The translations under genes and the position numbers were made by a program. From NCBI RefSeq assembly GCF_009914755.1, contig NC_060929.1: DNA of 64,000 nucleotides; one strand, written 5' to 3'. This document shows, in pieces, positions 38,562 through 52,475 of this stretch. Numbering within the stretch: the stretch's first letter is position 1; the number at the start of each line of letters is the position of its first letter. This stretch comes from the human T2T-CHM13v2.0 reference genome, Homo sapiens. The notes beneath the pieces are model-generated. The model ran no database searches and was not told the DNA's origin. It saw nothing but the letters and a program-made list of their open reading frames with translations.

Positions 38562-38993
38562 CAGAGTTGGCCCTTGAACAACACAGGGATTGGGGTGGCA
38601 ACACCCCACACAGTCAAAAATCTGCATATAGCTTATGATTTCCCCAAAATTTAACTACTAATAACCTACTGTGGACTAGAAGGCTTATCAATAACTTAAA
38701 CAGTTTAGTAACACATATTTTATATGTTATTTATATTGTATATTGTATTCTTACAATAAAATAAGCTATAGTGAAAGAAAATGTTATTAAGAAAATCATA
38801 AGGAAGAGAAAATATGTTCCTTATTCATTAAGTAGAAGTGGATTATCATAAAGGTCTCCATCCTCATCATCTTCATGTTGAGTAGGCTGAGGAGGAGGAG
38901 GAAGTGGAAGAGTTGGTCTTGCTGTCTCAGGGATAGCAAATCTGCATGTATTTCCCATGCTGTTCAAACTTGTGTTGTTCAGGGGTCAACGTG
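38562..38993. mobile_element. Tigger2a (MER28-type) DNA transposon derivative
   Basis: TIRs gttggcccttgaacaacac ... gtgttgttcaggggtcaac; typical internal sequence. Confidence 0.85.
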
Positions 38994-40665
38994 CTTATTA
39001 AAATAGAATATTTGCACACAGAGTTCATCCACTCATACAATCTTAAGGGTTAGAAAGCCCTTAGCAACTTCCAATTCAACCCCTCTTATTTTGTATGTGA
39101 GAACACTGAGGTATAGAGGGGCCAGATGGAGAAAGCAGAGCATTTAAAAAATATCCTTAACGTTACCAAACGGTCATACTTTAGTTGTGTATTTCATTTT
39201 TGGAAATATGCAAAAGTCACTCTGTTAAATATTGTGATTAAGGGCCGGGGTGGGGCATAGATCTAGTTGAATAATATCTGACATTGCAAAAAAGTAACAA
39301 GTTATGAGTAATCAGTCTGTGTTTTTAGTATGGGTGAGTCCACCAATACATCCAAAGATAGTTTCAATGCAAATGTTTTTGAACTACACTAAACAAAAGC
39401 AGCATTATTTAGAATAAGCCCCAACCCTCACAAGGTTAACCCTAATTTGGAATAGCATTGCTGATTTTCAAAATATTATTTTCTCATCATCTTTATTTGT
39501 TAATTATCTTTTTGTGATTGATTTCTAGCTTATTTCTACTATGGTCAGAAAGCATACTATAAGTGACTTCAATCCTTTAAAATTTTAAAAATTTGTTGAA
39601 GTGTCTTTTATGGCCTAACATATTATCAATTTAAATAAATGTTCCATGTTTCCCTGAAAAGAATGCACACTCTATTGTCTTTATGTGGACTATTTATGTA
39701 TGTCAATTAGGTCAAGTATGTTAATTATGTTGTTTAGATGTTCTGTATCCTTATTGATATTACTTTCTGCTTCATTCTATCAATTATTGAGAGGTATGTT
39801 AAATTTCCCACTATAATTATAGATTAGTTAATTTCTTTTTTTAGTGCAATTTTTGCTTGGTATAATTTGAAGTTATGTTATTACCTGAATACAAAATTAG
39901 GATTGTTCTATCTCCCGATCTTTCATCACTTTGACATAATCCTTTGTATTAGTCTGAGTCCAATCAGTGGGTTAAGCAGTGGAAGTTTAATAAAGTGAAT
40001 GAACTTAATAAAGACTTTCATGCTCTGATAAGAGCGACTGTAAAATGTGCGGAAACTCTGTAAGGCACCCTAGGGCTTAGAGAATATCCAAGAAAGGTCA
40101 AACTTGGAAGGAGTCCAGATTTCACTGGATAAAACAGGGAGCAACTCTTCGGAATGCAGGGCAGGGCAGGGGATCAGCAACTGGATGTGTGGATATGCAG
40201 AAGGAGTGGGGCCTTGAAAGAAACCCTCTAGTGGGAGCAAACATGACTATTATTCTTTTTCATACTATCGTCTTCTAGCATACTTGAGATAGGCTGTTTT
40301 AATTATCTGATTTTACATAGAAAAAAATAAATACTAAGGCTGAAAATCTATAATGGTCAATTGTTCATTAAAAGTTTTCCTACAAGGAAATAAAAAAGAA
40401 AAAGGAAACCTTCCAGGCCACAGGTGAGCCGCCTGGTGGCTCAGGTTATCCCCAGGCCAAGCTGAGGCTGCAAGGTCACCAGGGGACTGGGAATTCTGGG
40501 CACATAGCTGGGGCAGAGCTCTACCAAATATCCTCACCATAATACCACCGACCTGCCATGGAGCAGCCAGAAGCAGCAGGAGAGGCCCTTCCTCCTGCAG
40601 TGTTCCTCTAGGATTGCCCACTGAGAAAGCTTAGTTAACATCATGCTCTTTAAAAAGGAGAGATG

Positions 40666-40817
40666 TCTTCACAATAAATAGCTAATGCATGTGAGTCTTA
40701 ATGCCTAGGTGATGACTTGATAGGTACAGCAAACCACCACGGCACACGTTTACCTATGTAACAAACCTGCATGTCCTGTACATGTATCCTGGAACTTAAA
40801 ATAAAATTAAATTTTAA
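40666..40817 (+). mobile_element. Very short L1PA 3' end
   Basis: cagcaaaccaccacggcacacgtttacctatgtaacaaacctgca; 14-bp TSD aaaaaggagagatg (40652-40665, 40818-40831). Confidence 0.9.
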
Positions 40818-41319
40818 AAAAAGGAGAGATGCTTAAAGAAATTCTGTCCATTGTGGCAAAACATATCTCAGGGTGACTTTGGAGCTGAGAGGCAATAAAT
40901 TGATAACGGGCTTGCTTTAATGTTGGCTTTGTTGAATATTAATATAGCTATATTAGCTTTTAGTTAGTGTGTACATGGTAAATCCCTTTTCATTCTTTTA
41001 CTGCCAACCTTTCTGGCTCTTTATATTTAAGGTATGTCTCTTATAAGTAGTATATGACTGATCAGGAATTTAAAATAATTATTGATATGTTTTCATCAAA
41101 TCTGCTAACTTACACTTTTTTGGTAATTGTCTCATTTGTTCAGTGTTTCATTTTCTCCCCCTTCATGCCTTGTTTTGAACAGAGTAAAAATTTATTTTTC
41201 TATTTTTTCCCCTCTACTTCCTGGCGTGTGTGTGTGTGTTTTAAAAATATTACTCATTTAGTGGTTACTCCAGTGATTATACTATGCATCATTGACTTAC
41301 TACAGTCTCATATAAATTA

Positions 41320-42090
41320 CAGTGGTCCCTCCTCTTCCAGGGTTTCACTTTCTGTGATTTCAGTTACCTTCAGTCAACCAAAGTCCAAAAATATTAAAAG
41401 AAAAATTCCAGAAATAAACAATTCCTAAGTTTCACACTGTGTGTGCTGTCCAGAGTAGCATGATGAAATTTTGCACTGTCTCACTCTAATCTGCCCAGTA
41501 CATGAATCATCTATTTGTCCAGCATGTTCACAATATAGAGGCTCCCACCCATTTGTCACTTAGGAGCCATCTGGGTTATCTTACCCAATGTTGAGCATCA
41601 CAGTGCTTGTGTTCAAGTCACACTTATTTTACTTAATAGTGGCCCCAACATGCAAAAATAGTGATGTTGGCAATTCAGCTATGCCGAAGAGAAACCAGAA
41701 AATGCTTCCTTCAAGTGAAAAGGTGAAAGTTCTCAATTGAATAGGAAAAAAAAAAACAAAACAAAACAGTACATTAAAGTTACTAAGATCTATGTGAAGA
41801 AAAAATCTTCTATTTGTGAAATTATAAATAAGGAAATTTACAGGCTAGTTTTACAAGTCAAATAAGGAAATTATGTGCTAGTTTTGCTCCTGTACTTCAA
41901 ACTGCAAAAGTTACAGTCACAGTGCATGATATGTGCCTTGTTAAAATGGAAAAAGTATTAAATTTGTGGGCAGACATTCCAAATTTTGGCAGTGGGGTTT
42001 GGTACTACCCGTGGTTTCAGGCATCCCCTAGGGGTCTTGGAACATATAATAAGGAAACATATAATAACATGGATTAAGGGGAGACTACTG
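41320..42090. mobile_element. MER44 (Tigger7-derived)
   Basis: Termini TA|cagtggtccctcc ... ggggagactactg; internal aaaattccagaaataaacaattc motif. Confidence 0.85.
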
Positions 42091-43489
42091 AAATTATTTT
42101 ACTACTTCCCAGATGTTGATAAGCTATTAGAACACTTTAAGTCCATTTATCCTCTCCCACTTTTGTGTTATCATTGTTAACTTTTCACTCCTTCTTATTT
42201 ATTTATATTAATACAAATACTTATTGTATTTTCAGTAGAGACAGGGTTTCACCATGTTGACCAGGCTGGTCTCAAACTCCTAACCTTAAGTAATCCACCT
42301 GCCTCAGTCTCCCAAAAAGCTGGGATTACAGGACTGAGCCACCATGCCCAGCTTCCTTCATATATTTTAGATGCCACAAGACATTATTACTTCTTAGTAG
42401 AGATGATATTCATTTACACATACCCTCGCCATTGTTCATCATCCCTTTCTTCATTTCTGTGGACATGTCTGAAGTAACTTTCCCTTTGCCTAATAATTTT
42501 ATTTAACATTTCTTTTAGTGCAGACCTCTGGGTGAAACATTCTGTCATATTTTATTTGTCTGGAAACTACTCTGTTTTGCCTTCATTTTTGAGGAATATG
42601 TGTGTTAGGTATAGATTTCTAGGTTGGCAATTGTTTTCTTTTAGCACTTTAATGATGCCATTATATTGCCTTCTGACTTTCAATGAATCTCTTTACAATT
42701 CATCTGCCTGTCTTGTTCTTTCCTGACTTTCTCTTTCTTTTAAAAGATTTATTTTTGTCATTTTTTTAGCAGTCACTATGATGTCACTTTGATGTGCTTA
42801 TTTGTAGTTTTCTTTGTATTTATCCCACTTAGGGTTTGGAGAACTTATTGAATTAGTAGTTTAATGTCTTTCATCATTTTTGGAAAACTCTTGGCCATTA
42901 TTTCTTCAAGTATTGTTTTGACCCAATTCCTTCTCTCTTCCCTTTTTTGAAGTCCAGTGGTACTTATTCAGGCCTTTTTACCACATCACATATGTATCTG
43001 CATCATGTCCTATATGTTTACCCTATTTTGTATTTTCTACCTCTTTTGTTTTTCATGCCTCAGCCTCTATATTTTCTACCATTATTGTTCTCAGTTTCGT
43101 AATCATGTCTTTTGCTGAATCTAATATACTATAAATAATCTACTTCTTAATTTCAGTACTGATTTTTTTGGTTCTAGAATCTCTATTGCATTTCTTGTAT
43201 AGATACAAGTTCTTTGATTACATTCTCTATCTTGTCATATGCTTTCTTAAATATATGAATTACAGTTAATACAGAGTTTGTGTCTGATAATTCTCAATAA
43301 CTGGGTCATCTGTGGGTCTATTTTTATTGTTAGTTTCTCTTTTTTTGGTCTTGTTTCTTCACATGCCTGGAATTTTTTATTGTTTAATCAAATGCTGTAC
43401 ATTGTGTTTGAAAAATCATAGAGGCCTTGGAGGATGTCATATTCCTCCAGAGAAGGGTTATATTGTTCTCTGTGCTAGGTCCTATGCTA

Positions 43490-45200
43490 TTCTTTGGGAA
43501 AACAGAAGGGAATAAAATAGACAAAATCCCTACCTTCATGGAGTTTACATTCTGCTAGGGGAAATAGGCAACACCAAATGAGTAAATAATAGTAAAGTAA
43601 GTAGTGGTAAATAAAAAATAATAAATCAAGTAAGGAAATAGAGGTTAAAGTAGTGCATTTGGATTGGGTGATTTGAAGGTAACATGTGAGCTAAGCCTGA
43701 ATAAAGTAAGGGGGGAGAGTCATCAAAGTATTCTGGGCAAAGGTGTTCTAGGCAGAGAAAACAATAAATGCAAAGACCCCAAGGCCTTGATAAAGGAATG
43801 GCAAGGAAGCCAACCAACGTGGCTACAGTGGAGTGATCAGCAGGAAGAGTGGCAGAAAATGTCTGAGAAGTGAGCAGATGCTGCATATTAGGGCCTTGGA
43901 GCCCATAAGTGTGGAGAAAAGAAAGAGAGATCAGATTGTTACTGTGTCTATGTAGTAAAGGAAGATATAAGACACTCCATTTTGATCTGTACTAAGAAAA
44001 ATTGTTTCTGCTTTGAGATGCTGTTAACCTGTAACTTTAGCCCCAACCCTGTGCTTACAGAAACATGTGCTGTAATGAATCAAAGTTTAATGGATTTAGG
44101 GCTGTGCAGGATGTGCCTTGTTAATAGTATGTTTGCAGGCAGTATGCTTGGTAAAAGTCATTGCCATCCTCCATTCTCGATTAACCAGGGACATAATGCA
44201 CTGCAGAAAGCCACAGGGACCTCTGCCCAAGAAAGCCTGGGTATTGTCCAAGGTTTCCCCTCACTAAGACAGCCTGAGACATGGCCTCATGGGAAGGGAA
44301 AGACCTGACCGTCCACCAGCCCGACACCCATAAAGGGTCTGTGCTGAGGAGAAGTAGTGAAAGAGGGAGGCCTCTTTGCAGTTGAGGTAAGAGGAAGGCT
44401 TCTGTCTCCTGCTCGTCCTTGGGAATGGAATGTCTCAGTGTAAAGCTGACCATTCCCATTCGTTCTATTCTGAGATAGAAGAAAACTGCCCTGTGGCTGG
44501 AGGTGAGATACGCTGGCAGCAATACTGCTCTGTTACTCTTTGCTACACTGAGATGTTTGGGTAAAGAGAAACATAAATCTAGCCTACGTGCACATCCAGG
44601 CACAGTACCTTTCCTTGAACTTATTCATGATACAGATTCCTTTGCTCACGTTTCCCTGCTGACCTTCTCCCCACCTGTTGCCCCACTACACTCCCCTCGC
44701 TAAGATAGTTAAAATAATGATCAATAAATACTGAGGGAACTCAGAGGCTGGCACCGGTGTGGGTCCTCCGTATGCTGAGTGCCGGTCCCCTGGGCCCACT
44801 GTTCTTTCTCTATACTTTGTCTCTGTGTCTTATTTCTTTTCTCAGTCTCTCATCCCACCTGATGAGAAATATCCACAGGTGTGGAGGGGCTGGCCCCCTT
44901 CAATAGGAGTCCATAGGAATAACTTTAGATTTTATCCTATGTGTGATGGGTAGCCATTGAAGAATTTTGAGGAAAGGAATGATGTGATCCAATTTAGATT
45001 TAAAAAGAATCATTCCTCCTGATGTGTTTGGAATACACTGCAGCAAAGCAAGAGTGTCAGTAGAGGACAAGTCAGGGGGCTGGAACTGCCGGAATCTATG
45101 CCATAGCTAATGGTGCTTTCATCTAGTGGGTTAGTAGCGAATGTCAGGAGGAACAGTTGGATTTGGGATATATTTTTGAAGGCAGAGGCATCAGATTCCG
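43490..45200 (-). mobile_element. L2 element split by LTR5
   Basis: L2-like sequence continues on both sides of the LTR5. Confidence 0.7.
43910..44902 (+). mobile_element. HERV-K(HML-2) solo LTR (LTR5A/5B-like), full length
   Basis: TGTGGAGAAAAGAAAGAGAGATCAGATTGTTACTGTGTC start; AATAAA near 44723; ends ...CCCCTTCA; TSD ATAAG/ATAGG. Confidence 0.95.
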
Positions 45201-46096
45201 GGGGGGTTCATGTAGGGTTTGCAGAGGTGAGTTTCCATGAAACTTAGGCTTCAGGGCCTGCCATTTGCACCAGCCCATCCAAATATGCATCTTTGTATCT
45301 AGTTTTGTAGTCTTTTACTTAATGAGAACCCCTCCCTCCCCACTAATGCATACAATTCAATTTCCACAAAATGGGACTCTTTCTCTAGGGTCTGAGAGTA
45401 AAGAGAATTAAGAATTACGGTTCTTAGGTTTTGGCCAGAAGGACAGGAGGAATAGTAGTGTCATTTCTAAGCCATAGTACTCTGGAAAAAGAACAGGTTG
45501 AAGGGGATGTAGAATTCCATTCACACCAAAAGAAAAAATTCTGTTCTGTTTGTACTAAAGTCTCAACCTCTCACACTGAAAGCCCAGAACTTATCCTACT
45601 CACCCAGGCTCTTCTCTCCCTGAAGCCCGGACTTCTGTTTGTAAAATTGTCTCAAGTTATAATATCCTTTCCTGCTCTTTCTCTTTTATTGACAGTCTAC
45701 TCACTCTTCAAGCCTTACCCTTCCATAATAGTTAACTTCCTCCTGTATGTTCCAGGGATTGAAAACTGGAAGCAGGTTTTGTTGATTTTTAAAATTAAAT
45801 GTGAATGCTTTAAATGGGGCGAGGATTCTCCTGTTTGCTTCGTCACAATCACAGATTCACGGTAGTTGTTTCAGTCCTAGAGCCATCTGAGTTTATGACC
45901 CATGACCTCAAATCATTTTGCTTACATTTCTCCTATAGCAGCTGCACACTGGGTATGTAATACATATTTAGCAAATCAATGAAGGAACAAATGCTGTATT
46001 TCCCACACACAGATACATTTGCCACAACAATAGTTTGGTCAAGGAAAGTTTTACATATTTTCATACAATTCTTTTCTTTTTAAAAATCATGTTCTA

Positions 46097-46375
46097 ATGG
46101 GAGCAGTGGCTCATGCTCATAATCCCAGCACTTTGGGAGGCCGCAGCAGGCGGAGTGCTTGAGCTCAGGAGTTCGAGACTAGCTTAGGCAACACGGTGAA
46201 ACCTCACCTCTACAAAAAATACAAAAATTAGCCGGGCATGGTGGCATGTGTCTGTAGTCCCAGATACTTTGGAGGCTGAGGTGGGAGGATGGCTTGAACC
46301 TAGGAGCCAGAAGTTGCAGGGAGCTGAGATTGTGCCACTGCACTCCTGCGTATAAGAGCTGTCTCAAAAAAAAGA
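46097..46375 (+). mobile_element. AluJb
   Basis: Sense Alu with J features (gcttgagctcaggagttcgagac, gaggtgggaggatggcttgaacc). Confidence 0.9.
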
Positions 46376-48113
46376 AATTGTTTCCTCTTGTTCTTTTTCT
46401 CTGTTGTTGCATTTTTTTCTTTATGGAAAATGTAAGGCAGGAGAAAAAGGATGCAAGGGTAGAGAAAAAGACTATTACTCACCTGCCTGGTGATGTAATT
46501 TGACCTAATTTCAAAATGCCCTCTGAGTTTATTTTGTGATGAAGCAAATATTTCACACTAATACCATCAGAATAGAAGGTACGTTTTATCTTTCCCTAGG
46601 CCAGGGCTATGTGATATAGGTCAGTTTCATTTTAGCTAAAAAGGAAGAAGAATTAAATAAATATTTTAACTGTGGAATATTTGAACAATTTTTATTAATA
46701 AAATCCATCCCCAAGTTCAACTCATAGGTTAGATCTTAGTTACACAGAACAAGAATAAAGTGAATTTATTGTTTATTAGATAATGTTTCTAAACCTATTT
46801 GCTGTTCACAAATACAAACACGTGGCAAAGTCCATGGGCAGCTTCCACAGAGAAGGGCTGTGGTGAGACCAGATGACTCATTGTTTGTCTGATTTAGCAG
46901 CTGTAATACATATTCTTGCCAGTGTGTTTTGTTCCCACTTAATTCCCAACTTCCCATCTTCTTTCTAATGAAAAATCAGCTTTGAAAAATTACTCACCAA
47001 ACTGCCTTCAGTGAGTCGAAATCTCACAAAGTAGCCCTGAATGATTAAGTCCTTTGAATGCTAGATTTTGCTAAGTTACCCCTGGGAGGCAGTCGTGGTG
47101 AGAAAAGAAACAAATGCCCAGAAATATGAACTGACATGCTAGACCATTTCTCCTCAGTGTATAATAAAATCAGGGTGGGGCTCCAGAACCACACTTTGAT
47201 TTCCCACTTATCTCTCTGACCCTTCTTTTCAGAAATTATCTTCAAGAAAGTGTTTTGAGGTATCCAGACAAAAGGCATTGTGTAAACTCATGGTGCCCAA
47301 CTCATCTTTGGTCTGTGTGTAGAGGAAAGGAAGAGTTATTCTGTGAGCTTCATGAAAGAAAGAAGAGAATCCTTCTACTCCTACTCCACTTGCTTATCTG
47401 TGGAGTTACAGCATATCTGACTTTTAATTAGTTTCTAGACCCTTTACTGCTCTGGGGCTATGGCCAAGTGCGGAGAAGGTACCATCTATCTCTGTCCAGT
47501 GGCTCTGACACCTCCTATAACTTTGTCAGAAGCCTGCTTGGCTCTATTCTCTTCTCTACAGCTCTCATTCCAGGGATGTGAAAATAGATACATAGAAGTA
47601 AGCTCTTCAGGTACCTCATGGTCAAAAGGCAAGACAGTAGAAACGACAAAGCCATTGCTTGTGTTCAGCCTCTTATGGAACGGAGGGAGTCTCTTCCCAG
47701 CTACCAGGGCTGCCATCATGGGCAGGAACGAGGCAGATAAGGTGCCTCTCCAAGAGATCCACTTGGCTTTCCTCCCTAAGGTGTGGAGACCCTGCCACAG
47801 CCACCAAGGAGAGGCACCCACAGATGCTCTCCTCAGGGAAAGCAGCACCTCCTCTTCTTTGTACAGACCTAAATAGTTCAATGATGGGGCAGGGCATATG
47901 GTTGGAGCTGACTGCACTGCCATTCCCTGCTCACGTTGGACTGCTCTGAGGCTCCTCAGTGGCGATTTCTGCCATCTCCAAGGGGTAGTCTATGAGTAAT
48001 AAGGAGTTTTCTCTCCTTCTTACTTGGGAGGCAGCACTTCTTATTTCTTCCTGAAGTAAAAAAAAATTATACGTATGTGTATATATATGAGTATTTCTAT
48101 ATGTATGTATGTA

Positions 48114-48523
48114 TGTATGAGTCTGTTCTCATATTGCTACAAAGAAATAACCTGAGACTGGTAATTTATGAAGAAAAGAGGTTTGGTTGGCTCACAGTTC
48201 TGCAGGCTGTACAGGAAGCATAGTGGCTTCTGCTTCTGGGGAGGCTTCAGGAAACTTACAATCATGACAGAAAGTGAAGGGGAAAGCAGACACATCTTAC
48301 ATGGCCAGAGCAAGAGAAAGAGAGAGAGGGAGGTGCTACACATCTTTAAGCAACCAGATCTCATGAGAACTCTATCACTATACAGTACTCGTGGGATGGT
48401 GCTAAGTCATTCATGAGAAACTGCCCCCATGATCCGATTACCTCCCACCAGTCCCCACCTCCAGAGTCAGGGATTACATTTCTACATGAAATTTGGTTGG
48501 GGATGCAGATCCAAGCCATATCA
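48114..48523 (-). mobile_element. MSTA/MSTB MaLR solo LTR
   Basis: TG...CA ends; 5-bp TSD ATGTA; MST body (ggctcacagttctgcaggctgtacaggaagcat). Confidence 0.92.
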
Positions 48524-48529
48524 ATGTAC

Positions 48530-48715
48530 GTTTATGTATATATGTATATTTATGTAAAAATTACACATATATATGTATATACATATATATTTATGTATAC
48601 ATGTATGTTGAAATATATAATAGGAATTGGATATTGAATTTATATATTATATATAAAATATATATTGAACATAATATATATTGTATAGATGAAATGTCAT
48701 ACACACATTTATACA

Positions 48716-48749
<34 letters not shown>

Positions 48750-48765
48750 TGTGTGTGTGTGTATG
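48530..48765. repeat. AT-rich low-complexity tract plus (TG)n microsatellite
   Basis: Directly visible; (TG)n at ~48718-48762. Confidence 0.9.
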
Positions 48766-49758
48766 TTTGGTGGATTTTGATTTGCATTCTTGTCTATGGC
48801 CAGATAAATAAATACCTTTTTTCTTCAATAGAGAATAATACACTCAGATCAACAAGATGACTAAGCACCAAGGTCTGACTCAGCCTTTCTTAACTGCAGT
48901 TCTGTGAGAGAATTGTTTTCTAATACCCTAATGCATTTATTGTATGTAATGAATTAACTCTATGCATCTATAATGGTACTAGTTACGAATTAACTTGCAT
49001 GTATGCATCCAGAATGGTACTAGTTATGTGCCATTCTTAGTACCATCCTTGGGAGAATTTAGATATAGCCACTCACATAATTTTCTATGCCCTGACCTCT
49101 ATCAAAAACATGGCCCTGGATAGTGATGAGCTGTTCTCTCCATTCAGAAGGCTAAAAAAAGGTAAGCAATAGGATTGAAAAAAACAAAAGAAAGATTGCC
49201 TAGCTTCTGCACTGCTGATACTGACTTGACAGTTTCTTCTCCTCTCCCTTCTCTCTCTCACTTCCACCCTTTCCCCCAGGGAGAGGAAGGCTTTCTGCAT
49301 AGACAGTGAAGCACCAGAAGTGAGGTGCATTTGCAGCATCTGAAAGTGTGCTTTGGAAGCATTCCAGTTCAGCTCAAAGTGAAATGTGTCAGATTCACTT
49401 GCCTAGAAAGAGACTTAAAACTATCCATGTACATAGAAATATAAAATGTACTTCATTTATGACATGTGCAAATGCTGCCTGTATAATCCAAACAAATAAT
49501 AAAGGTCTGAAGAAGAACTGCTTTAAAATCTGATGGATAACGTATGTTTCAAGGAAGTAATGTATGCTTTCCTTTATGCACCTGACTCTTGGCAGCCCTG
49601 TCTGGCAGTTTCGTTGAACAAACGTTTATCATCAGTAAAATACCCATTCCTTCAATATGTATTATGTAGCTACTATGTGCCAGGCAGCAGGGATTAAATG
49701 GTATCATATATATAATGGTAGCTAAAAAATGATTATGATGGTAATAATAATAATATAA

Positions 49759-50089
<331 letters not shown>

Positions 50090-50099
50090 TGCTTTTCAT

Positions 50100-50620
50100 T
50101 TCTTTAACAACAGATCCTGATTCTGATTGCAGATTCAGCCCTTGCCCAGGGGTTTCATTCACCTGGTTCTAAGGACACATGACTCAGGCCTAACCCATAG
50201 AATATGTTGCATATTCCTCTGTCTACAATCATTGATTCAGAGATGGCACACTACCTAATCTGGTCTAATCAGCATAAATCTCAGGACTTGTTTACAAGCT
50301 ACTGGAAGAGATTCTCTCTTTTCACCCAAACAGTAGCCTGAGAACATACAGGGTGAAAGCTGTCCCAGCAATCTTGTCACTGTGAAGAGAGAGCCTGGAG
50401 CTTCCAGAGAAACTAAATGGAGACTGAAAATGAAGTCAAAACAGTGGGCAGCAAATTGAAGAGGGAGAGAGAAATTGAGTCCTAATGACATAGCCATGTC
50501 TGAAGCCAGCCTAGTCCCTGGGCCTTACAGCTTCCTGAGCCGATGAATTTGCTTTCTGTCCTAAGTCAATTTGAGTTTGGTTCTATGTCGCTTGAAACTA
50601 AGGAAGAACTAATTTATATA
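50100..50620 (+). mobile_element. MLT1 (J/K-like) MaLR LTR
   Basis: tagccatgtctgaagccag...ctgagccgatgaatttgctttc...tttgagtttggttctatgtcgcttg. Confidence 0.6.
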
Positions 50621-50880
50621 AATGATAATGCTGATAATAATAACACAAATATAGTAGGGGGGAAGCCAGTGAAAACATTATGTGAAGGGAAAAGTCATAT
50701 CAGATACTAAGACCTTACAGTTTTTATAGGAACCTTGTCTTGACAAAAGCAAAGCACAAGCAAATAAGCCAGAGTGCAGGGAAATATTATTTAGAACTTC
50801 TGGCTCACTCTGTTAGCCAAATGGAATTAACCTTGGCCCCAGTGGGGTATATGAAACAAAAACTACACACAAAATACTAC

Positions 50881-52175
50881 TGAGGAAAAGAGTCAATCTA
50901 TAAAATATTTGAAGAGGTTTATTCTGAGCCAAATATGAGTGACCGTGGCTTGTGACACAGGCCTCAGGAGGTCCTGAGAACATTTGCCCAGGGTGCTTGG
51001 GGCACAGCTTGGTTTTTATACATTTTAGGGAGACATGAGACTTTAATCAAATACATTAAAGAAATATATTGGTTTGATCCAGAATGGTGGGTCAAAGCGG
51101 GTGAGGCAAGGGGGTGAGATTTCAGCTTATAGGTAGATTTAAACATTTTCTGGTTGACAATTGGTTGAGTTTACTTAAAGACCTGGGATCAATGGAAAGG
51201 AACATCTGGGTTAATATAAAGCATTGTGGAGACCCAAGTTTTTATTTGCTGAGGAAACCTTTGGCTACTAGGCTTCAGAGAGAATAGGCTGTAAAATGCT
51301 TCTTACCAGTCTGTGTTGATGTTAATGCCAGAGAGATATAATGAGGCATGTCTGATCCCACTTCCCATCATGGTCTGAAACAGTCTCTCAGGATCAATTT
51401 TAAAAGAGCCATGGCTGAGGAGGAAGTCCATTCAGATGGTTGGAGGTGAAACAGGAAATTTTCCTTGACCCTTTTGTGGGCCTTGAGACACGGGTGCCTT
51501 GCTTACTCAGCCCACAGCTCTCAACCCCTCATGGGAGGGGAAGCACACAGGTGAGCAGGTGCAAGAGCCAGAGTGAGTGCTTTTGCGCACTGGGAGGAGC
51601 AAAATTCCATGCTGGTCTCATGGCAGGGTCTAGTGGGTAGTACCTGCGACCCTGAAAGCCCCAGAAGGAGTGTTACAGGCAGCACTCTTTTAGCTTTGCC
51701 ATCCATGGATAGGTTAAGTGTTTAACTGCTCAGTGAACCCTCTGTCTTTTCGTGAGGGTAGAGGGTCAGTGTGACAGCCTTTTGTATCCCGAGCTCTTGG
51801 ACAGCATCCAGGAAAAACCAGGTCACACAAATGAATTGAAAGATAGTAAATGTGGAGGATCTTATTGCTAATGGAAGTGGCTCTCATTGGGTAGGGGAGC
51901 TGAAAAGGGGATGGAGTGGAAATGTCTTCTTCCCCTAAAGTCCAGCCTTCTCCAGCCTGCGGTTTTTATGGATGCAGGACGGGGGTCAGGGTGGGCCATG
52001 GGTAATTTTGCAAAAGGCAACATTCGAGCAGGAAAACAGAAATGCATGTTCTCACTTTGGGCTGCAGTTCCAGGCTTAAGGGTGGGGCTTCACCAGGGAC
52101 CTCGCCCTTCTGCCTAGAATTTCTGTGCCTTCTGTCCCTATCAGGGAGGCCTTAGAATTTTATTTTTGGTTCATA
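50881..52175 (-). mobile_element. MER4-family ERV1 LTR, split by MER52
   Basis: aaatatttgaagaggtttattctgagccaaatatgagtgacc; resumes after the insert with ccttagaattttatttttggtt. Confidence 0.85.
51447..52143 (-). mobile_element. MER52-like ERV1 LTR nested in MER4
   Basis: TG...CA bounded; reverse strand starts tgatagggacagaaggcacagaaattctaggcag; homologous to 61141-61941. Confidence 0.8.
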
Positions 52176-52403
52176 ATACTAAACCCCTCAGGTTCCAGAA
52201 CAGTAGAGCACTTTCCTGGTCAAGCTTGCAAGTGCCTCAGGAAGAACAGATTTTTTAAAAAGCTAGATTCAGACTAGCTTTGTGCAACCAGTATAGGTAA
52301 TTCTGTCAGGTACTTGCCTTAAAGCAGTAATGTCAAAATGATAAGAAAAACAAACTTTGAGTCAGAAATATTGGATATCAGAGACAAAGTTATACTCTCT
52401 TGC

Positions 52404-52475
52404 ATCCCTGAAGTATACCCAAATAAATGATTGCTTGGTATCCCTGAAGTATACCCAAATAAATGATTGCTTGGT
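52404..52475. repeat. Perfect 36-bp tandem duplication
   Basis: atccctgaagtatacccaaataaatgattgcttggt x2. Confidence 0.97.

Larger units (their letters stand above)
39500..43480 (-). mobile_element. Fragmented old L1M with nested elements
   Basis: Antisense L1 ORF-like T-rich sequence, interrupted by an LTR (~39946-40910), a MER44 and an Alu monomer (~42215-42353). Confidence 0.7.

Noticed and set aside
47460-47949. Overlapping 138-145 aa ORFs on both strands in unique sequence
   Set aside because: No recognisable domain or homology, and no poly(A)/TSD. Locally higher GC explains the scarcity of stops.
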